Shown here piece by piece: positions 55,713 through 64,000 of a stretch of DNA of 64,000 bases. Position 1 is the stretch's first letter; each line of letters starts with the position of its first letter. Below the pieces are notes generated by a model. It did no database searches, was not told the DNA's origin, and worked only from the letters and a program-made list of their open reading frames with translations. The position numbers were made by a program, and so were the translations under genes. The stretch lies in NCBI RefSeq assembly GCF_009914755.1, contig NC_060937.1; one strand, given 5' to 3'. This DNA is from the human T2T-CHM13v2.0 reference genome, Homo sapiens.

Positions 55713-56745
55713 TGACTCATGTCAGGTTGCAGCTACTGGTGAAAACAGAACTATGCTTCCACTTTGGAAAGGATGACCTGACCACTCATTCTAAGTAGAA
55801 TGAGGACACAGGACATTAAGTTCCTTGCAATATCTATTTCTCTAGGACTAAGATTTTACATGTATAATATTTACTTCTGGATTGGAAACACAAGTTACGG
55901 GATCTTTGAAACATAGTTTTACTGATCCGTAGACTTGAGGACGAAAAACAGGCCAACATGGAGAACTGACAGAAGGTTGGAGTAGAATTCCAGATATGAA
56001 CCCTCTGACCAAAAGAACCCTTCAACACACCTTCTTGAACAGGCCAGCTCTTAGTCACTGGAACATGGGTACTCTTGTTCCAGCAGCTCTAGACAGAATG
56101 AGCCATGAGGCTTCTTGCTTCTGTGGATGGGTGTCAGCCCCAGACCCATTATCTGTCTCTGCCTTTCTGAATCCTCTAGTAATTCTCAGCAATAGATGTT
56201 CAGGATTTAACTGGATACAGTTTTGTTTCTAGGTTTAGAACATACTTAAATGGATAGATTTTTATTTGCCCTGGGAAGTCAGACTAGTAGCTGTTTGCAT
56301 TGGTAGTTTTTATATGTATTTACATTTAGACTTTCAAAATCAACACAATACATCTTTTTAGACTTTAGCTTCCTTAAAAAGTTGTTTGAGAATTTTGCAT
56401 TTAAATACTTGCCAGGTCAGTAGCCTACCATTGTTAATCATAAAATTTAATCTGTTCTTGAAGTAAAGATGTATTGTCTTGAAAAAAAATTAGTTTTAAA
56501 ATAAAATTCAGCTCAATTGATCATGTTTTTAAAGTAAATGTATTTCGGTTGCTTTTCAGTATGCTCCTACTCATTCAGTTTTTCCAATAATGTAGTATCT
56601 GTGGCTGTATGATAGGAAGAACAGAAGTATCTACCAAGCCATGTGTTTTACTTAGTGTCACAAATAAGTTCTTGTGTTCTTAAGATATAATTCTTGAGTA
56701 TTCTCTAGAACTGATCATTAGGCTTTTAAAAAATGAAGGATTTCT

Positions 56746-57101
<356 letters not shown>

Positions 57102-57308
57102 CTAAGTCATTCTAGCTTAGTGGTTTATGTAAGTTGAATTGTAATGCAATCACTTCAATTGTTGAAAACTAAGAACATCTTGAACGGCTTCTAAATTTGA
57201 TCATTAGAAGATAATCATATTTTTTAAATTGTCTTATTTAACCAGAAAAGTTAAAATCAAAATATATTTTATGAAAAAGGTCACAGCAAAGGACTTCATA
57301 AAGTAATA

Positions 57309-57533
57309 CAAGTTGAGCATCCCAAGTTTGAAAATTTGTAATCCAAAATGCTCCAAAATCCAAAACTCTTTGAGCATCAATATGATGCTCAAAGCAAATG
57401 CTCACTGAAGCATTTGGGGTTTTTCAGATTTGGGATGCTCAGTCAGTAAGTATAATGCAAATATTCCCAAATCCTCCAAAATCTGAAACACTTCTCTTCC
57501 CAAACATTTCAGGTAAAGGATACGCAGATATTG
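57309..57533. mobile_element. Tigger4a (MER46A/Zombi) element
   Basis: CAAGTTGAGCATCCC...AAATGCTCCAAAATC...TTTGAGCATCAATATGATGCTCAAAG...AAATCTGAAACACTTCT; TA flanks. Confidence 0.85.
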
Positions 57534-57986
57534 TATGTATTATTCATGTATGCATAATACTGAAATAAATAGGAGTACATGACAGGCAAGAGGAAAGCAA
57601 AACCAATGTTTTTACGTCCTTTTAACTAAAATACAAAAGGAACAATGTATAATTTTGTTGAACTGACATCATTTTAAATTATATCAGCTGACATTTCATG
57701 TATCTTTTTTGACACATTTAATGTTTATATTAATTTTGAAACAAGCCAAAATAACTTACTAAATCTCAGAAAATATAGAGGAGGATATATTCTGAACATT
57801 AGCTGAATGTTTTCTATGTTACTCAGATGCCTTCCCTCGACGTTAGGTTATTAAACAAGAAACTGCTGACTTTTCAACACGTTAGCCCTTGAGTATGATT
57901 TGTGCTTGTTATGGACGTTGATGATGTTTCAGATTTCCGCTGAGCTCCACCTGCTTAGAAAAGCACCTTGTTCCATAGCCCCTAAC

Positions 57987-58030
57987 TATTTATTAATGTT
58001 CCATCTAACATTAATAAATAATGTTAGATG
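57987..58030. repeat. Overlapping inverted repeats (forward-inverted-forward micro-triplication)
   Basis: 57987-58000 is the exact reverse complement of 58007-58020; 58002-58013 is the exact reverse complement of 58019-58030. Confidence 0.9.
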
Positions 58031-58538
58031 ATGGCTCTGTACTTACAAAAATCTTTGGATTTTACAACCTAGCAGTCAGTGTTCTTTTGTGAATTATCTC
58101 TTCATATTCTCACAAGGAAGAGAACTGCCATTGACTTCATCTTAGAGTTGAATAGATAAATAACTAACAACTACAGTGTCAGAGCAAAGGTCGGCATTCA
58201 CAATTCAGAAATCTCTCTCTATGGCTTTGCTTACTTAATTTTACCAAATGTCTGCTAATTTCCAGAACAAACAAGGAGGCCCTCATTTTTGGGCAGGAAG
58301 ATGGGATAGGCGTTCAAATGTGACACTACTGACAACTGGAATATTTTATTTCTAGCCTTGTGAACAAATTTGCCCCTTCTTTATTCCACCCGAAGCCCTT
58401 AGTACCAGTATTCCAGGATCACTATGTAAGTTCTAAGGAGGAGGGATTTAAACCTGAAATTTAAGCCTGGCCCCAGGGGGAGAATGCTACTGTTTTGCAG
58501 ACACCACAACACACATTTGTCTCCTTTCACTTTATGAA

Positions 58539-58540
<2 letters not shown>

Positions 58541-58584
<44 letters not shown>
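58541..58584 (+). repeat. (TG)22 microsatellite
   Basis: Perfect 44-bp TG run. Confidence 0.97.
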
Positions 58585-58586
<2 letters not shown>

Positions 58587-59782
58587 GAATATGTTATAAT
58601 GCCAGTATCATTTCTAGGTCATGTACAGGTCAACTCTGCCCTGATATTCACAGCTGAATCAGATGTTTGGAGTGACCACCAATGAGATGACTTTTCTTTT
58701 TAGGTTGTGACCTGCCCAAAAACTTTTGATAGGACAGCTGCCTCAGTCTTGATTTCTGTGTCCCAGGCTTGCTGGGGTATAAAAGCAAATGAAATCAAAA
58801 TTAGGCCTTACTAATTTTCATAAACTGCATAGATGTTGAAGAGACTGAAATGTAATGCTTGTCATTTTATAAAAGTGAGATTTAGTAATAAAGCAAAATA
58901 TTAGCTGAAGGATGGAGCTCTCTATAGACTCTCTAGTGAAATATGCTTATATTTTATAGAATAAAAAGAAGCACATTGGTAGTATGATTTATGCGTAGGT
59001 AAGACAGCTTCTTAGAATTTAAGAGTAAAATAAAAATAAAAAATATAGTTGTTTGGAAGAGAAAATGGTTCTGAGTGTGTGATTCATTCTTTTTTGTATT
59101 GGAATTTAAGAGGTGGTGCTTGCAGCAGTGAGCTTTTACCAGAAAAATAAGTCTGGCTTTTAATTTACGTGTGTGTCAGAGACATTAATCAAGTATTTGC
59201 ATTATATACAGGAGACTCTTCTGGGGCTGGGTAAACATTTCAGACAGATATAGATGATATGATATATGTGTATATATTTTATACATATAAATAGAATGCC
59301 ATACTTCATTCTCAGTTTAGAGATAGTCCTCCTCTTATCTATCACTTTGCTGTGCAAGTATTTAATTTTTTCTTATCCTGCTGAACTTTGATGAGCGCTT
59401 AAGGATTTTTCCAGCCAGTTCTCATGTGTGAAGCTTCAGGGTTGCCCTCTTACTGCATAAGGGCCGTGCAGCCACACCTACAGGAGGTAAAGGTGATGGC
59501 AAGCGAGTTGCAGACAAGCCTAGGACAAGGATTTGACATTTTGCATCTGCCTTTCCTATTGCCTCGCCTAGCTAAGTCCCCCAAACCTGTCACCTCTGTT
59601 TCTCTGTTGAGGGACCCCATGACCTGTCATTGCCTGACAGTTAGCAAATGGTTGTTTGCTAATGTTGATATATTAGCAAAGGTTCAAAGAAAAATCACAG
59701 TAGTGGTTGATGAGAGCATGGAGAAAGAAGTGAAGGCCTGAGAAGAATTGCCTGCAGACATGAGAACCATGGTGGAGGGACA

Positions 59783-59856
59783 AAGACCCTTGGGAAGGAG
59801 GATACTCAAGTGTGAGAGGAAGACCCTTGGGAAGGAGGATACTCAAGTGTGAGAGG
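59783..59856 (+). repeat. Perfect 37-bp tandem duplication
   Basis: AAGACCCTTGGGAAGGAGGATACTCAAGTGTGAGAGG twice with no mismatch. Confidence 0.96.
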
Positions 59857-60822
59857 ATCAACTGATTTAGAGGAGGTGGAGGAAAACATACAAGAATGCA
59901 ATGCATCTGATAAAGGAGGAACTTAGGATAAGGGCAAAGAGAGCTTTGCTTAGTGAGAGGAAGTGGCCACTATTACTGTTACTATTCTTGTTCTTATTGT
60001 TATTGTTCTATTACCCCCATGAATATTAACTTTACCCTCATGAGAACTAGCAACCTGAAATGAAATTGTGTGAGCAGTAACAAATTAGAGCTTAACGCCT
60101 ATTCAGAGTTTCATCAACATTATGCTTCTAGTAACAGGCCACTTTTTATTAGCACTTCTGATAAAAAGGCCACGTCTGCTTCTAAGAGAGCTGTGGGGTG
60201 AAGGAAACCCTGGGGATGAATATTTTAATCAGATGACATGATTTATATAAAAATGCTGAGTGAACTGTAAAACTGAATACAGATGTTAGTAATTTAAGCC
60301 GGTTTCCAGCTGAGCCAGACCATCTGGGTTTCCTTGCTGCCCTCCACCCAAAGGTCTCCCAAATGGGGCGGGGCATTTGCTGTCAAGTACACATGTGCCT
60401 AAATGAGTCTCACACCTGGTGTTAGGGCCAACAGACAGCTTGGAGAAATGCTACCAACTCCAAATTTTCCTCCAGCCCTGGACAGTGACAGATATTCTAC
60501 TTCCCATAAAGTGTGTGTCTCTTGTTGTGGTTGTTATTCAGTAATGTTGTTCTTTGAAACAGCTTTCTACATTTAGACACCATTGATAAAAACATCTTTC
60601 AAAAATGTGGCAGCCATCCCAGGCTTGAATGGCGAGGGAGTGTGGCTTACTATTTCATGAATCCTTGCATCAGGAAATAAGGTGCTCACTGACTGGTAGC
60701 CTGACTCTTAGAAATTTCCTGTACCTTTTCCAACTGTTTTCTCTGTGTTAACTGAGGATCATTGTGCATATTCTTACAAAGATAACCTGGAAACACAGGA
60801 TCTCATTTAGCAGGAAGGCTTG

Positions 60823-60874
60823 GTGAGTGAGTGAGAGAGAGAGAGAGTGTGTGTGTGTGTGTATGTGTGTGTGT
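60823..60874 (+). repeat. Compound (GTGA)n(GA)n(GT)n microsatellite
   Basis: Directly visible. Confidence 0.9.
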
Positions 60875-61291
60875 TGGGTGGGTAATTGTAGCGAATTAAA
60901 TTTTCTGGTTAATGTAGGGCTAACAAGAACCATTTTTTGTTCAGGTTCTAGTGAAAATCTATTCTTCAATGCTTCATGGTCCTCCATTGCCTGATAAATA
61001 TGGAACGTTGAGCACAATTGAATCCCAATTAGTGAATAAGAATCCAGCAGGACCTGAATACCTGTGGACTTTGTAGGTTGTTACACAGAAAGCACAGGTG
61101 ATCAGGCCAAAATAGGATCTGTACCGGAACTTACTTTCCTGAGTCAGCAGTAATGAGACCTCACAGATGAGATGGGTCAGACAGGGACTTGTTCTGATTT
61201 ATGAGAAAGATAAAGTAGACCTATTAGTAGTGGTGGAGGTGAGATCTCCAAGTAGATGAAGTCAAATGGAGGAAAAGATAAGGCATGTAAG

Positions 61292-61790
61292 TTACATCAG
61301 TTAGGGTCAGGTTTGTCTGCACGTGACACAAAATTCAAAACAATTATGGTTTGAACAAGATAGAATTTATTTTTCTCTTGTGTAAAATAAATCTGGAGAT
61401 AGGTAGTCCAGGGTTTATATGGCATGGTGTTAGGGACCCAAGCTCCTTCTATTATATTTCTCTACCAACTGTAGTTCAATGCTTCTACCTCATAGTCCAA
61501 AATGGCTGCTTGAAATCCACTCATTATGTCAGCATTCCAGTCAGTAGAAAGGAAAAGTAGCCAAAGAAGAGCTAGTTCCTTTTTCAAATAGCAGTTTCCA
61601 AAGTATGCACACTATAGTTCTACTTACGTCTCCTGAGTCAGAACTTAGCCATGTAGTCCCATCTAGCCGCAGGGAAGGCTGGGAAAGGTCCTGTTTCTTC
61701 CAGGTGGCCACATGCCCCACTAAAGTAATTGGGTTATATTAAGGGGAAAGGAGAGAGTGCACACAGGGAAACAACCAGCTGTCTCCGCTG
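61292..61790 (-). mobile_element. MLT1J-like MaLR LTR
   Basis: TCAGTTAGGGTCAGGTTTGTCTGC...TGGTTTGAACAAGATAGAATTTATTTTTCTCT...CAAAATGGCTGCT...CAGAACTTAGCCATGT...GCAGGGAAGGCTGGGAAA. Confidence 0.82.
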
Positions 61791-61809
61791 TGAAGCTTGG
61801 AGAGAAAAG

Positions 61810-62010
61810 GTGATTGTGGTATCATGGAAACAACAACTATTTGTAGGAGTCTATGTCTGGAATCTCATGATGGCTTTGCTACTGACTCCCCATGTGACAT
61901 TGGACAGGTCTCTTCAGTTTACTGAGCCTCAATCCCATCATTTTTAAAGCATGGATGCAGAACTTGACAATGTCCAAGATAACTTCCCCCTCAAACATGC
62001 TGGCTTCTAT
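61810..62010 (+). mobile_element. MIR SINE remnant
   Basis: GGCTTTGCTACTGACT..CATGTGACATTGGACAGGTCTCTTCA..TACTGAGCCTCAATCCCATCATTTTTAAA. Confidence 0.7.
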
Positions 62011-62540
62011 TCTCCTGAAAGTGGGTTGTCAAAACAAGACTAAAGTGATTCATGATTTTAGTTATTTGGGGTTTAGGTACATCAAGGACTGACTCTTGTT
62101 CAAGTGAGTGCAGTTTGGCCTCTGAGAAGAAAACTTTCCCAGCAAATTGAAGCATTTAATGAACTGAAGAAAATGGTGTAATGAATTAAAGGATTAGGCA
62201 GACCTGATATTTCATGGAGAATTAAATGTTGGCAATATCCAGTTCAATGTCTTCTTCAATTTAGGACTCTTGACTCTGGCTGAAATTAGCATTATAATTT
62301 ATTATAATAAAATTGAATTGCACACTCAAGCTTGAAACCCTTCAAGAAGATAAAATTACAAAGAGAGACCCAGACATGGGGATTGTTTATCTCAATTAAA
62401 AATTGAGTATCTACCAAAGGCCAGGAACTAGATTAGGGACAAGGAGACATTACCAGGCTACTGTGGAGTCACAGACAAGTACATAAAACCATGTGAAGGT
62501 GTGATCATGCAGTGATTAAAATGTGTACAAAGTAGAGAAG

Positions 62541-62618
62541 GAAATTTTAAAAACTTTAAAACAAGGAGTCCTGCATTTTTACTTTATATTGGTCCTGCAA
62601 ATAATGTAGTAGTCCTAG
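62541..62618. mobile_element. MER45A-like hAT-Tip100 fragment
   Basis: AAACAAGGAGTCCTGCATTTTTACTTTATATTGGTCCTGCAAATAATGTAG resembles one MER45A end. Confidence 0.6.
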
Positions 62619-64000
62619 GTAAGACCAAATTAATCATCAAATCACTTTCTAAAAATAGATTTTTCCTCTTCATTCTTTCATTCATTCTTCCATCCAACAT
62701 ATATCTCGTGTACCTAGTATGTGCCAGGAACCTTCATATAGGCACCAAATTCTGATATCTGGGACTTGTTTGTGCTGGTTGTAAAATAATTGCACCTGCT
62801 TTTTTTATTGTAAACTGTTCTATAATAACTTATTTTTCTTTTCTTATTGATATTTGGTATGTTAAAATCAATATCTCTGGGTCCTCAATATTTCCTTTTT
62901 TGAGTCATCTGTTCTACTCTAAGGGTTTGTTTATGTTCACAAAGAGAAATTGAGAAGGGATGCTGTTATTTGGCAATTTCAAGTCCCAGGTTATGTAAGT
63001 CATGAGGCCAAAAGTGCTTGTCTGCCTGAATTCTCCAATCACTTGTTTCGATTTTGAAGTCCATTTTGTTTTCTCTTTAGGTCTAAATGTTAATGATTTT
63101 AAGGAAATAAGCTACAATTCAGAAGTTTATGTGACACTAAATATTTTAGAATTGGTTTACCTTCACATTTCAATTTATGCATTTCCTTATAAAGTTCTGG
63201 TGGTTTGGTCTGTCACCCATCTGTAATTTTCGTATGTCAGTGGAAGGGTTTACTAATTCAAGATATTCGTACCTTTAGTACTGTGTTAAACATCTTTCAT
63301 TTCTTTAGGAAAAAATTATAGTTCAGGATGAATGATTAGGGTGGAAATAGCATATTGATTCTCTCCTGGAGATGGCTAAGATGATGAATTATTTGAACCC
63401 TTCTGAGAAGACTATCAGTGGGTCAGTACTACAGTCAAAGAAATTATATTGCTCTTCTCACTTTTATTTTGTACCTTAAATAAACCTGCATTAAAAAAAC
63501 TCCCCTTATCTATTTCCTGAAATAAAAATCGCAAAAACACATCTTTGATATGAATTAACCTTCTAGGCTTAAACTTAGACTTAACATAGACTTAAATTCA
63601 AATTTTAATTGAGATTTTAAAATCTCTCCTCCCTATATGAATATTTAGATGTTTAGGTGGCATTTTCCTGTTCTATTCTATTCAGGAAATATGGACTCCT
63701 ACACCCTGTAGAAGGCATATTGTGACATTGTGCTTGCAAAGGGAGTCTGATTTCATTTGATTTTATATTAATTATTAAAAAACACACCTATAAGTTAACA
63801 GTTGTTCCTTCGTGTTTCCTCCTTAAATCAGCCTTTCTTTATTGGAAAGTGTGCTTCATTTATCCCAGATGGTTCCATGCTACCTAGAAATACAATGATA
63901 TGCCTACACCATTTATTTTGCGTAAGGTGGCATATTGCATGTTTGGGTGCACTCTTCATGTATTCTCTTTACCTCTGAGATGATCAAGAAACCAATTTCC

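Noticed and set aside
57369-57395. Strong palindrome CTTTGAGCATCA-ATA-TGATGCTCAAAG
   Set aside because: Internal symmetry of the Tigger4a/MER46 element, so it is already explained.

Overview
Primate (very probably human) non-coding genomic DNA, intronic or intergenic in character. It is AT-rich and CpG-depleted, and a large fraction is interspersed repeats: about a dozen Alu/FLAM copies, L1 (L1PA, L1MA/MB/MC/MD/ME), L2, MIR, CR1/L3, solo LTRs (MSTA, THE1C, MLT1, MLT2, MER21) and DNA-transposon fossils (MER3, MER5A, MER30, MER44, MER45, Tigger2a, Tigger4a). I recognise no protein-coding exon, RNA gene or CRISPR array. The supplied ORFs are repeat-derived or chance-length. I see no evidence for a new multi-gene system. 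The most unusual signals are small rearrangements: a ~125-bp ancient direct duplication abutting both ends of an MLT1F LTR, a 98-bp near-identical copy of old L1MC1 sequence 4.95 kb from its source, a micro template-switch inversion, a ~138-bp fold-back, a tiny 5'-inverted L1 and a very young AluYa5-lineage insertion. Two repeat-free motif/CpG-rich segments may be regulatory. Repeat subfamily names come from recalled consensus sequences, not a search, and boundaries of old elements are approximate.
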